Positions 16,916 through 26,144 of a stretch of DNA of 32,000 bases are shown piece by piece; position 1 is the first letter of the stretch; the number at the start of each line of letters is the position of its first letter. The DNA comes from an uncultured Lachnoclostridium sp. (lineage in GTDB: Bacteria > Bacillota > Clostridia > Lachnospirales > Lachnospiraceae): assembly GCA_946499505.1 (NCBI GenBank), contig CAMMSL010000011.1:1-32000 (forward strand), in the 5' to 3' direction. The notes under the pieces are model-generated. The model saw only the letters and a list, made by a program, of their open reading frames with translations, made no database searches and had not been told where the DNA came from. The translations under genes and the position numbers were made by a program.

Positions 16916-17068
16916 AATTGCGCTTTAATATAAATACAGTAAATCACGTAGATGAAGCATCTTAAAGAGTCAAGCAGAGGATGTGTCTTATGGATATGAG
17001 TTTCAGATAAATTATGACGATACAAAAAAGCCTATATTTCGTTCAGACAGATATCAGTCACGGTGGTG

Positions 17069-17303
17069 ATGTCAAATCTGAATTATGATGTCCCCCAGGA
17101 TGTCCCTCAGAATGTCCCCCAGGATAATATGGAGGATCAGATTATTGGCTTAATTCAAAAACAACAAGATGAGCACAGAAAAGATGGCTATGATTTTAGG
17201 CGTGAGTTCTAAGACGGTAAAACGCCGTATAAAACAAATGGATCACGTAAATTATATTGGACGGGGATCAAATGGCCATTGGGAGATTTCAGAGGAGAAG
17301 TGA
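17069..17303 (+). pseudogene. C-terminal remnant of an AlbA_2/'putative DNA-binding' type ATP-binding regulator: DVPQ repeats plus a wHTH, frameshifted
   Basis: MSNLNYDVPQDVPQNVPQDNMEDQIIGLIQK is in one frame. It continues as NNKMSTEKMAMILGVSSKTVKRRIKQMDHVNYIGRGSNGHWEI in another frame after the A5 run at 17157-17161. The large N-terminal domains of such proteins are absent. Confidence 0.6.
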
Positions 17304-17354
17304 TAGTTCACTTTTTAGATCAACTCCAACCTCTTTTTTGTTATTCTTTATAAT

Positions 17355-17684
17355 TTGAATTATAATGTTCCAGAAAAAGAGGTGTTAGTTGATCCGGAAA
17401 AGGTGTTAATTGATCCGAAAAAAGCGTTAATTGATTTGGAAAATATATCAATTCGTAATGCTATTGATAAACTGAATGCGAATCAGGCCACCAAAGAAAA
17501 AGCTAATCTTCTGTTTGAGAAAATGGGATTTGATAAGATTTTTGGAAGAAAAGAGATTATGGAAAATATTAATATCTCTATAACTGCGGCTGGGAACCTT
17601 TTGAACCATTTAAAAAATGCAGGATTAATTAAAACAGTCAAAGGATTTGGAAAAGGGAAATATCAATTTGTAAGACAAGAATGA
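17355..17684 (+). CDS. Small wHTH protein or fragment (tail typical of Fic/AlbA_2-associated regulators) with three 7-aa peptide repeats
   Basis: VLVDPEK/VLIDPKK/ALIDLEN is encoded by three 21-nt tandem units (17382-17444). The C-terminus is …FGRKEIMENINISITAAGNLLNHLKNAGLIKTVKGFGKGKYQF. It has a TTG start and no clear RBS, so it may be a remnant. Confidence 0.45.
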   Translation: MNYNVPEKEVLVDPEKVLIDPKKALIDLENISIRNAIDKLNANQATKEKANLLFEKMGFDKIFGRKEIMENINISITAAGNLLNHLKNAGLIKTVKGFGKGKYQFVRQE

Positions 17685-17993
17685 AGTAGTCGAAAAAACA
17701 TAGACAAACTGACCATTACACGGTATAGTATAGATAGTAAATCTGATCAATTGAATATTGTATATCATTCCTGCTAAGATGGGCATGGTAGCCGATCCTT
17801 TAGGAAGCCGTTGACAGTAAGCCGAACACCTTTTATTAGCCGCAGCCAATATCCGGCTAATATCCACCGGTTGTTCCGGGTTTACAGTGGCTGACAGCAA
17901 TTGACCAGAAACGATTTGAACTGTAGTAAAAGACCTTTTATTGCGAGCCTTGCGTGAACTGAACATGACTTAGATTGACAGTGGTCAGGAGAC

Positions 17994-18035
17994 CTCCTAA
18001 GCGGAAGGCCGGCGGTTCGAATCCGCCCAGGAACG
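17994..18035 (+). other. 3' half of a tRNA-Arg(CCU) gene (anticodon loop to discriminator); candidate attR core. No 5' half is present
   Basis: The parts read CTCCTAA (anticodon loop, anticodon CCT), GCGGA, AGGCC, GGCGG-TTCGAAT-CCGCC (T arm), CAGGAAC (acceptor 3' strand) and G. The upstream bases (…GAGAC) cannot pair with GCGGA. No GTTCCTG acceptor 5' strand lies within 90 nt. Confidence 0.7.
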
Positions 18036-18040
18036 TAACC

Positions 18041-18087
18041 GAGAAGCCGAAAATTTCTTGAAATAATATCAAGATTTTCGGCTTCTC
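18041..18087 (+). terminator. Long perfect hairpin immediately 3' of the tRNA fragment (native tRNA terminator-like)
   Basis: gagaagccgaaaat (18041-18054) pairs perfectly with attttcggcttctc (18074-18087), and an inner cttga/tcaag stem is present. Only a short T run follows. Confidence 0.55.
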
Positions 18088-19455
18088 TTATGTCTGTCAC
18101 TATATTTGCTATTTCTTTGATAATCGGCATAGGGAATAAGAAGGATCAACTGATTGTGATATTACAGGATGTTACGGATAATTCCATGAATCAGGAGGAA
18201 CAGTTATACCTTTTAGCATTCGTCACAAATGATAAAAACAAGATTTTGGTGTTAAAAAAGTAATTAAGAAGCTCCTTGTTATACTTAAAAAGAAGTAAGC
18301 TGTCAAGTATCAATTTTGTATAAGTCATAATATTTTCTGCTCTTGTTGAAGAAAATATTTACGCTTTATAATAAAAAATGATATATGAACTATAGAAATT
18401 GATTTAGGAGTTGCTTCTGTCTATTATTCACAAGGAGCACTTCATTCTCTATAATTTTGTTATCTGTGTTGCTGGTAGAATCCATATCATCGCTGTATCC
18501 GCTCTCCTTCCTCTGAGTTGCGGCGATATGGGACGGAGGCAGGCCTTACGGGAATATCGACGGTCTTTGTTGTTTTGTGGGAAATCAGTTGAAGTGCCGG
18601 AGAGATGAAACGACTGCTCTTGCGGAGAGCGGGATTGCTGTTACTGTGGGAGTTTGTCTTTCGCATGTCCCTGTTTGGAATCATTGGGAACGCAGAACTG
18701 GCTGACATGTCTGAGACATACAGGAAGGAGCTTGTAAGCAAAAAGACAAGAATCGTTATTTACGTGCTTGGGGTCCTAGACTTTGTCCTTTCTGTTGGAA
18801 GCCTGAGCAGGATTACAGAGGCTGAGATGAGCCTTCCCAGTTTCCTGATGTCCTATGTTATGTAGTGCCGGCAGGAGTGACATCACATTTTCAAGATGCT
18901 TTTTCTCAGATTCCAGTGCATTCTGTCTCTGAAAAGTATCCGGCGAATCCAGAAGAATTTTATAGACGATAGCCATGACGATGATCAGACCGCAGTGGAC
19001 AAGAAGAAAGGCGTGGTCAATATATTTTGCTCAGAAAAATTCCCTGTGGTCAGTAAAGAAAGCAGTGTTATAAAACAGCGGAGGAACCATACTGTCTTCT
19101 ATATAGGTGAATCGATACTGTACACCCTGTCAGCCATCTTACGAAAAAATTTCAGTATCACAGGAAACATTATCAAAAAGAACAGGAGACATAGTGCGAG
19201 TTTACTGTAGCGGCAGTTTTTTCCCCGAAGAAGAAAAGGGAGGTAAATACGGAAAGGCCATTGATAATGCTTCCATAGTTTACCATAAAAATATATGTAA
19301 ACAGCACTTTAAACAGATACAAAGGGACGATAAGAGTCGAAAAAGGATTAACAGCACTTTTTACAGAAAGATTATACGCTGTCTTCTCTGTACTATCAAA
19401 TCAAACTTCCGTCGGACGTGAAAATTTTGATTCCGGAAGACGACCCGATCCGTTT

Positions 19456-20664
19456 TTATTTTATACCTATTAAAGGAAGTGAGATATAAAAAGTGTTTTT
19501 TGAGATTTTATCAGTTTCAGCCCAAATATTTCCGCTATGTTCCTTAACGATCAATGAAGCAATAGCCAGCCCAAGACCATATCCGGGTGTTTTCGTTGCT
19601 CCTCTGTAAAATTTAGAAAAAATCTGTTCCATATCTTTTTCGGATATGGGTGTTCCGGTACTTTCTACAGCAAGGATAACAATATGTTTTACGGCATATA
19701 ATCTCACACTAATTGTACTTCTATCGGCAGAATATTTCATTGCATTATCTAATAGTATGTCAATAACTTGTCGGAGGTTTTGTTCATTTCCGTTTATGAT
19801 AATATTTTTTTTATGTTCAAAAGAAAGTGACTTCCCAATATCATATAAAATCGGTTCATAAGTATACACGCTATTGCACACAACAAAATCAAAATCGATA
19901 GGTTCTTTATGTACAGGTAGCGTTGAACTATCTAATTTTGCAAGCTGTAAAAGCTGTTCAATTAATTGTTTCATACGTCGTGATTCATCTTCAATATGGT
20001 CAAGTCTCTGCCGGGTAAGAGAATCCTTAATTGATATTTCATTTGACTTCTGAAGCATCTCAGTATTTGACAATATTACAGTCAAAGGTGTTTTCAGTTC
20101 ATGTGATGCGTTAGCTATAAATTCCTTCTGTGCGTTTATTGAGTTTTGGACAGGACGTGTCAGTTTTTCACTTAAAAAGAAACTCAGCACTCCGAAAACA
20201 AGTATTGAAACAATAGCAATAAAGATGGACTGGATCATTTGTCTTTTTAAAATCGACTGCTCTGTTTGAATATCGGTAAATGCGATTCGTATGTCAGATA
20301 AGCCGATACTTTTTCTGAGATATCGATAATGATCTTCAATTATACCGGTTTGAGATTTGAGATCCAGAACTTCATTCACCAAGTTTGTTATTTCCGTATA
20401 TGAAAATTCATCCATATCATTTAGTAGTAGTCTGATATTATTCTGATAGTCTACCGTTACAACAAGAAGCGGAATGGAAGAATCAGCCTGTAAAACAGCA
20501 TTGCTTGAATATGTTGTATGAATCGCCGAATTTAAGGTGGACATACAGCTGTCCTCAAGTGTTTTTTTAGTTGAAAGCCATGTACTTACCAGAATAAATA
20601 TTAATAACAATGAAAACACAAAGACAATACTGGAAATGATCTGAATCCGTAATTTTTTAATCAT
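19456..20664 (-). CDS. Sensor histidine kinase (two TM segments, HisKA + HATPase_c)
   Basis: The H-box is FIANASHELKTPLT, the N-box is LLDNAMKYS and the G-box is GYGLGLAIASLIV. The start at 20664 forms an ATGA overlap with the response-regulator stop; the ORF track starts at 20706. Confidence 0.9.
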   Translation of the reverse strand: MIKKLRIQIISSIVFVFSLLLIFILVSTWLSTKKTLEDSCMSTLNSAIHTTYSSNAVLQADSSIPLLVVTVDYQNNIRLLLNDMDEFSYTEITNLVNEVLDLKSQTGIIEDHYRYLRKSIGLSDIRIAFTDIQTEQSILKRQMIQSIFIAIVSILVFGVLSFFLSEKLTRPVQNSINAQKEFIANASHELKTPLTVILSNTEMLQKSNEISIKDSLTRQRLDHIEDESRRMKQLIEQLLQLAKLDSSTLPVHKEPIDFDFVVCNSVYTYEPILYDIGKSLSFEHKKNIIINGNEQNLRQVIDILLDNAMKYSADRSTISVRLYAVKHIVILAVESTGTPISEKDMEQIFSKFYRGATKTPGYGLGLAIASLIVKEHSGNIWAETDKISKNTFYISLPLIGIK

Positions 20665-21335
20665 ACTTTTTCCTCTAAATAATAACCTACTTTTCGGACA
20701 ACACATATTGCAACTTTAGATGATAGAAGGTGTAACTTACGACGGAGAAAAGAAACATATGCTTCCAGATTGTTATCTGTTGCATCCGAATCATAACCCC
20801 ATATTTTGGATAAAATCAGTTCTTTGGAAACAATGTTGTTTTTATTAAGGATCAGGAGACGCAGCAGTTCATATTCTTTTGAATTCAGCCTGATAGATCT
20901 GCCACAGCAAGTTACTTCGTGTGAAGCAGGAGAAAGAGACAGATCACCAAACTGAATAACGTCATTCACCCCGGAATCTTTTCTGCGCAGAATTGCATTT
21001 AAACATGCAGAAAACTCTGCAATTTCAAAAGGCTTTGTAAGGTAGTAATCCGCGCCGATATTTAGTCCGTGGACCCGGTCTTTCACCTCGCTTTTTGCTG
21101 TAAGCATGAGGACCGGTGTATTGACTTTTTCTTTTCGTATCTGATTTAGAATCTGAAATCCATCCATTCCCGGCAACATCACATCAAGAACGATAGCATC
21201 ATAAATACTGCTTCGTGCATATTCCAGTCCGGAGATGCCATCTAAAACAATATCTGCAGTTCCTCCGGATTCTTGAATGATATCTGCCAGCGTTTTAGCC
21301 AGTGATTTTGTATCTTCAATAATTAGTATTTTCAA
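20661..21335 (-). CDS. OmpR/PhoB-family response regulator
   Basis: The receiver domain is MKILIIEDT…LDVMLPGMDGF…LTAKS. The C-terminal winged-helix is …LSPASHEVTCCGRSIRLNSKEYELLRLL…VRKVGYYL. Confidence 0.92.
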   Translation of the reverse strand: MKILIIEDTKSLAKTLADIIQESGGTADIVLDGISGLEYARSSIYDAIVLDVMLPGMDGFQILNQIRKEKVNTPVLMLTAKSEVKDRVHGLNIGADYYLTKPFEIAEFSACLNAILRRKDSGVNDVIQFGDLSLSPASHEVTCCGRSIRLNSKEYELLRLLILNKNNIVSKELILSKIWGYDSDATDNNLEAYVSFLRRKLHLLSSKVAICVVRKVGYYLEEKV

Positions 21336-21419
21336 ATTATCTCAGCCTCCTCATTATTAAAAATAAGGATAACACTTTATTGTTAAAAATCAAGTAAATG
21401 TGCAAAAAATACTATAATT

Positions 21420-21447
21420 TTGACATACAACTTCTATCAGATATAAA
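21420..21447 (+). promoter_or_regulatory. Putative sigma-A promoter of the sugar ABC / arabinofuranosidase operon
   Basis: TTGACA (21420-21425), a 16-nt spacer, then TATAAA (21442-21447), about 100 nt upstream of the binding-protein gene. Confidence 0.5.
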
Positions 21448-21551
21448 AAATAAATAATTATTTATAAATTTTAAGAGTAATTTCAGCTTTATTTACTAAA
21501 ATATATTCATCAACAACAAAAATCTAATCAAAAAAGGAGGAACAACGTTTT

Positions 21552-22832
21552 ATGAAATGGAAAAAAATCTGTAGCATGCTGCTTGTATGTGCAACAACAA
21601 TGTCCTTATTTGCAGGGTGTGGAAATTCGCAGACACAGGAAAGCAGCGAAGGAAGCGATTCGGCTGGCTCGGATGAGACAATACTTTCTCTCTGGACTGT
21701 ATTTACCGGTTCGGATGGGGATGTGTTAAGAGAGATCATTGATGATTACAATGAAACAAATGAGGATGGAATCACTGTTCAGGTCGATATTATGGATAAC
21801 GATACATTACAGTCAAAACTTCCATCCGCTATTTCAACAGGGACTGCACCGTCGTTTGTACTTGTAGGAATCGAATATCTTCAGGAATATGTCGAAAATG
21901 ATTCCCTGGAAGATATCAGTGATTTCTGGGAAGCAACAGGTACCAATGAAGATAACTACTATGAAAATGTGGTAGCAAAATCATATGTTGGTGATAAACT
22001 GTATGGTGTACCAATGCAGTATAATCTTCAGTACTTATACTACAACAAAGATCTGTTTGAAGCCGCAGGATTGGATCCTGATGCTCCGCCGGCTACATTT
22101 GAAGAGCTGGAAGAGTGTGCAAAGGCTCTGACAGATCCTGATAAAGGGCAGTATGGACTGGCTCTTCCAACAGACTTTGGTTATTACGTTCAGTATTTGT
22201 GGGGAAATGGCGGGGATGTAATTAATACATCTACGAATGAAAATCTTTTGAACTCTGATCAGAATGTTGAAACCCTGACATGGCTGCAGGAACTCGCTCA
22301 GGCAGGTGTATCGCCAGAGGGATTGACATCAGCAGAAGCTGACACGATGTTCCAGTCAGGACAGATGGCTATGACGATTGCCGGTCCATGGAATATAAAC
22401 ATTCTGAATGATCTGGGAATGAATTACGGGATCACGGCTATGCCTGCCGGGTCTGACGGGGCATACTCAGCCGAGGGCGGATGTTCCTATATGATCCCGA
22501 AAGGAACAGACGAAGCGACAAAAGAAGCGGTTTACAAATTTATGGCATACTGGCTTACAGATGATGTCCTGAAGGAATGGTCAATGCAAAACGGTTTCCC
22601 TGTATGGTCCTATTCTCTTCTTGAAGATGAAGATATTAAATCAAACGATATTTTGAACAGCGTATCGGAGGCTTCATCGATTGGACGTGACTGGCATCTT
22701 GGTTACGAATATGGAAGCCAGATTGACAATGATGTTATGGCACCGATGATGGAAAGCATTTTATCCGGAGGAGATGTGAAAACTGAACTGCAGAGTGCGT
22801 CAGACCGTCTGGATGAGATTTTAGCTCAATAA
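21552..22832 (+). CDS. Sugar ABC transporter substrate-binding lipoprotein (family 1 SBP)
   Basis: It has the lipobox LFAGC after a signal peptide and a typical SBP_bac_1 architecture. It is first in an operon with MalF/MalG-type permeases. Confidence 0.9.
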   Translation: MKWKKICSMLLVCATTMSLFAGCGNSQTQESSEGSDSAGSDETILSLWTVFTGSDGDVLREIIDDYNETNEDGITVQVDIMDNDTLQSKLPSAISTGTAPSFVLVGIEYLQEYVENDSLEDISDFWEATGTNEDNYYENVVAKSYVGDKLYGVPMQYNLQYLYYNKDLFEAAGLDPDAPPATFEELEECAKALTDPDKGQYGLALPTDFGYYVQYLWGNGGDVINTSTNENLLNSDQNVETLTWLQELAQAGVSPEGLTSAEADTMFQSGQMAMTIAGPWNINILNDLGMNYGITAMPAGSDGAYSAEGGCSYMIPKGTDEATKEAVYKFMAYWLTDDVLKEWSMQNGFPVWSYSLLEDEDIKSNDILNSVSEASSIGRDWHLGYEYGSQIDNDVMAPMMESILSGGDVKTELQSASDRLDEILAQ

Positions 22833-22844
22833 GAAAATGCCAGG

Positions 22845-22876
22845 GAAAGTCCTGAAATTTCAGGACTTTCTTTTTT
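22845..22876 (+). terminator. Intra-operon rho-independent terminator/attenuator between the binding-protein and permease genes
   Basis: gaaagtcctga (22845-22855) pairs perfectly with tcaggactttc (22860-22870) across a 4-nt loop, then TTTTTT (22871-22876). Confidence 0.8.
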
Positions 22877-22893
22877 AAAGAGGAGTAACTTAG

Positions 22894-23784
22894 ATGAAAA
22901 AACAAGGTAAAATAAAAGTCAAATATCAGAATACAGCTTATCTGTTTATTCTTCCTTCTATGCTCATACTGACAGTGTTTGTTTTTGTACCATTGATCGC
23001 AGCTTTTGTTATCAGTTTTCTTAATATGGATCTGTATATGAGCGACATTTCACTGGCTGGATTTGATAATTTTATAAAAATGTTTCACGATGAACGCATG
23101 TGGGGCGCAACTAAAAACACACTGATATTTACTTTCGCAGAAGTTCCGCTTCAAGTCGGAGTTGCATTACTCATTACTATGTTAATGCAGAGAAACACAA
23201 AATTTCATAAATTTCTGCGTGCATCTTTCTATATTCCTTATGTATGTTCTATGACAGCAATAAGCATTCTTTGGTCCATGCTTCTGAATTCCAATTCGGG
23301 AATGCTTGCTTATCTGTTGAAGAAGATTGGTGTTGTAATGCCAAATCTTCTGTCAGATGCACACTATGCAATGGCCGTAGTGATCTTAGTCACTGTGTGG
23401 AGAAATTTCGGTTATACACTGACTATACTTACTGCTGCAACTCTTGATATTCCAAATTCTCTATATGAGGCGGCAGATTTGGATGGAGCTACGGGATGGA
23501 AAAAATTTATATACATAACCATACCTTCAATAAAACAGACAATAGGATTTTGCATTGTTACGACATTTATCCTCGCATTTCAGGCATTTGACCAGATTTA
23601 TGTCCTTACGGGAGGAGGCCCTCAGCATAAAACTGAAACTCTCGTCAGTTATATATATGATCGCGGATTCCGAACAGAACATGATCTTGGATATGCATCT
23701 GCAATCTCTGTATATTTGTTTATCATTATCGCTGTGATAACAATCGTAATGCGTCGATATCTAAACAGGGAGGAACAGAAATGA
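22894..23784 (+). CDS. Carbohydrate ABC transporter permease (MalF/UgpA-type)
   Basis: It has six predicted TM segments and the EAA-loop region YEAADLDGATGWKKFIYITIP. Confidence 0.9.
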   Translation: MKKQGKIKVKYQNTAYLFILPSMLILTVFVFVPLIAAFVISFLNMDLYMSDISLAGFDNFIKMFHDERMWGATKNTLIFTFAEVPLQVGVALLITMLMQRNTKFHKFLRASFYIPYVCSMTAISILWSMLLNSNSGMLAYLLKKIGVVMPNLLSDAHYAMAVVILVTVWRNFGYTLTILTAATLDIPNSLYEAADLDGATGWKKFIYITIPSIKQTIGFCIVTTFILAFQAFDQIYVLTGGGPQHKTETLVSYIYDRGFRTEHDLGYASAISVYLFIIIAVITIVMRRYLNREEQK

Positions 23785-24611
23785 AGAAAAAACATCGGAA
23801 AAAACTTCATATAGGCGGCAATATTATATTGTTCGTTGTCGCATTACTCGTATTTGTACCTTTAGTATGGCTTATAGTATCTTCTTTTAAAACAGATGCT
23901 GATGTAATCAAATATCCTCCAGCCTTTCTCCCGGAGCAATGGGTACTGACACAGTACAAATATGTTTCAGAGGCAATACCTGTTTTCAGTATGCTGAAAA
24001 ATACAGTTGTTTTTGCCGGCAGCGTAACAATTGTCAGCTTAATAATAGATTCCCTTGCTGCTTTTGCATTTGCGCGGATGGAATTCAGAGGGAAAAAAGT
24101 ATTATTTACGGTAATCCTTATGACGATGATGGTGCCCTTTCAAATTATTATGATCCCGCTATATATTGAAGAGTATAAACTTGGAATTCTGGATACTTTG
24201 TTAGGACTCATACTTCCACGAGCGTCAGGAGCCTATGGAATATATATGCTGACATCTTTTTTCTCAAGGATTCCCAAATCTATAGAAGAGGCAGCTCGGA
24301 TTGACGGATTAAATAATTTTCAAATTTATCATAAAATTGTAATACCATTATCAAAACCAGCGCTGATCACTCTTGGAATTTATCATTTCATGAATAACTG
24401 GAATGATTTGTTATATCCTATGATATTGACGAATTCCGTAGAGAATCGAACGTTGTCAGCCGGTCTCGCAATATTGGTAGGCAGCAACTCAATCAAGTAT
24501 GGACCGACACTTGCTGCTACTGTAATTTCAATTATGCCACTGCTTCTGTTATTCCTTTTCGGACAGAGATTTTTTATTGAGGGGACAGCAACAGGAGGAG
24601 ATAAAGAATAA
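23781..24611 (+). CDS. Carbohydrate ABC transporter permease (MalG/UgpE-type)
   Basis: The EAA loop is EEAARIDGLNNFQIYHKIVIPLSKP. It overlaps the upstream permease gene by 4 nt. Confidence 0.9.
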   Translation: MKKKHRKKLHIGGNIILFVVALLVFVPLVWLIVSSFKTDADVIKYPPAFLPEQWVLTQYKYVSEAIPVFSMLKNTVVFAGSVTIVSLIIDSLAAFAFARMEFRGKKVLFTVILMTMMVPFQIIMIPLYIEEYKLGILDTLLGLILPRASGAYGIYMLTSFFSRIPKSIEEAARIDGLNNFQIYHKIVIPLSKPALITLGIYHFMNNWNDLLYPMILTNSVENRTLSAGLAILVGSNSIKYGPTLAATVISIMPLLLLFLFGQRFFIEGTATGGDKE

Positions 24612-24623
24612 AGGAGAAATATC

Positions 24624-26144
24624 GTGTATAATGTAAAATTAATTGTGAATAAGTCATTTCAAAAAGGCCGGATCAGCCCGTATATTTATGGATCATTTAT
24701 AGAACATATGGGAAGAGTTGTTTATACTGGTATTTATGAACCGGGGCATCCCTGTGCTGATGAAAATGGCTTTCGTCTTGACGTGATCGAAAAAGTAAAA
24801 GAAATGGGGGTTACTTGTGTAAGATATCCCGGAGGAAATTTCGTCTCCTGCTATGACTGGAGAGATGGGGTCGGTGACAAGGAAAAAAGACCTCAGAAAA
24901 GAGAAATTGCATGGAAATCTATAGAAACAAATGAATTTGGAACGGATGAATTTATGAAATGGGCGAGAAAAGCAGATATAGCACCTGTGTTTGCAGTAAA
25001 TCTGGGAACAAAAGGAATTGAAAATGCCCTCTCTCTTCTGGAATATTGCAATTTACCTGCCGGCACATTATACAGTGACTGGAGAAAGGCGAACGGGGAA
25101 GAAAATCCTTATAATATTCCAATATGGTGTCTGGGAAATGAGATGGATGGCATATGGCAGATTGGCCATAAGTCTCCTGAGGATTACGGAAAACTGGCTG
25201 CACAGACAGCTCATGCGATGAAATCATTAGACGATAAAGTTAAACTGGTAGTGTGCGGCAGTTCATCAACTGATGTGCCAACATACACTGACTGGGAAAG
25301 GATTGTTTTAGAATATACATATGAGTTTATAGATTATATTTCGCTGCATCAATATTATGGAGGGCAGGACTGTGGTACAGAGGAATTCCTTTCCCAGTCC
25401 GTAAAGATGGAGAAATATATCCAAACAGTCGCCGGTATCTGTGATACTGTAAAAAGCAAGAAAAAATCAAACAAACAAATAGATATCTGTTTTGATGAAT
25501 GGGGAGTATGGGAAATCCCCGGCGATGAAGTAGCCGGCTCTGTTGCGTCAAGAGATTGGCAAGTTGCTCCGGCATTCAGTGAACAAATATATACATTGGA
25601 AGACGCTCTGTTATTTGCAAGCATGCTTATGACAATGGTCAAAAATTGTAGCAGGGTAAAGATTGCTTGCCAGTCCCTTCTTACCAATATCAGTGCAGCT
25701 ATTATGACCGAAAGTAATGGAGAAGTATGGGTACAGCCAATCTTTTATCCCTTTTCTTTCATGTCGAGATACGGCAGAGGAAACGTGATGGAAACTGTAC
25801 TAGAGGCTCCTGATTATACAAATGAACAGGGACTTAAAGTTCCTTATCTGGATCAAATTGCTATCTATAATCCGGCTCTGCAGGAGGTTGTATTCTTTTT
25901 TGTAAACAGAAGGAATGAAATGGCAAATGTCAATATTGATATTCAGGGATTCGGAAATCTGGAAATTACTGAGCAGATTGTCATGACTAATAAAAATATA
26001 AAAGCAGATAATCTGGCGGTTCATAAAAATGTAATTCCAAGAAAAATGGTTACGTTTTCTTGCAAAGGTAATCATCTGGTGGGACATGTTGAACCGTATT
26101 CATGGAACATGCTTCGAATAAAGGTGGTGCCGGACAATGAATAA
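24624..26144 (+). CDS. abfA: GH51 alpha-L-arabinofuranosidase
   Basis: It is near-collinear with Geobacillus AbfA as I remember it. Matching segments are YGSFIEHMGRVVYTGIYEPGHPCADENGFR, RYPGGNFVS, WCLGNEMDGIWQIGHK (acid/base Glu) and FDEWGVW (nucleophile Glu). It has a GTG start after GGAG. Confidence 0.93.
   Translation: MYNVKLIVNKSFQKGRISPYIYGSFIEHMGRVVYTGIYEPGHPCADENGFRLDVIEKVKEMGVTCVRYPGGNFVSCYDWRDGVGDKEKRPQKREIAWKSIETNEFGTDEFMKWARKADIAPVFAVNLGTKGIENALSLLEYCNLPAGTLYSDWRKANGEENPYNIPIWCLGNEMDGIWQIGHKSPEDYGKLAAQTAHAMKSLDDKVKLVVCGSSSTDVPTYTDWERIVLEYTYEFIDYISLHQYYGGQDCGTEEFLSQSVKMEKYIQTVAGICDTVKSKKKSNKQIDICFDEWGVWEIPGDEVAGSVASRDWQVAPAFSEQIYTLEDALLFASMLMTMVKNCSRVKIACQSLLTNISAAIMTESNGEVWVQPIFYPFSFMSRYGRGNVMETVLEAPDYTNEQGLKVPYLDQIAIYNPALQEVVFFFVNRRNEMANVNIDIQGFGNLEITEQIVMTNKNIKADNLAVHKNVIPRKMVTFSCKGNHLVGHVEPYSWNMLRIKVVPDNE

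Larger units (their letters stand above)
9016..18035. mobile_element. Integrative mobilizable element remnant: mobC-relaxase operon, oriT candidate, xis-like gene, integrase and cargo. Its right end lies at a tRNA-Arg 3' fragment; its left end is erased by IS256
   Basis: Relaxase, MobC, a tyrosine integrase and excisionase-like HTH genes co-occur. The block ends in a 3' tRNA half followed by a hairpin. No conjugation-pore genes are present. Confidence 0.7.

Noticed and set aside
17087-17444. 12-nt and 21-nt tandem repeats as a possible CRISPR array or minisatellite
   Set aside because: There are only three units each, with no spacers. They are in-frame and encode peptide repeats (DVPQ; VL(V/I)DP(E/K)K) typical of these regulator tails.
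17700-18035. A complete tRNA-Arg, or a tRNA-Arg(CCU) interrupted by a group I intron in the anticodon loop (known in some bacteria); tmRNA and SRP RNA were also considered
   Set aside because: No 5' exon is present: there is no GTTCCTG acceptor strand, no D arm and no TCCGC anticodon-stem strand anywhere upstream. The acceptor end is not the tmRNA type (no …CTCCACCA). No SRP domain-IV-like motif is present. The best explanation is a tRNA 3' fragment left by integration.
17625-18130. Minus-strand ORFs 17625-17966 and 17882-18130
   Set aside because: They run through the tRNA fragment, its hairpin and the repeat-rich att-flank. Their sequences look non-protein-like.
18090-18263. 57-aa ORF (MSVTIFAISLIIGIGNKKDQLIVILQDV…) just after the tRNA-fragment hairpin
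   Set aside because: The start codon sits in the hairpin arm with no RBS, and it shows no recognisable family. It is left uncalled.
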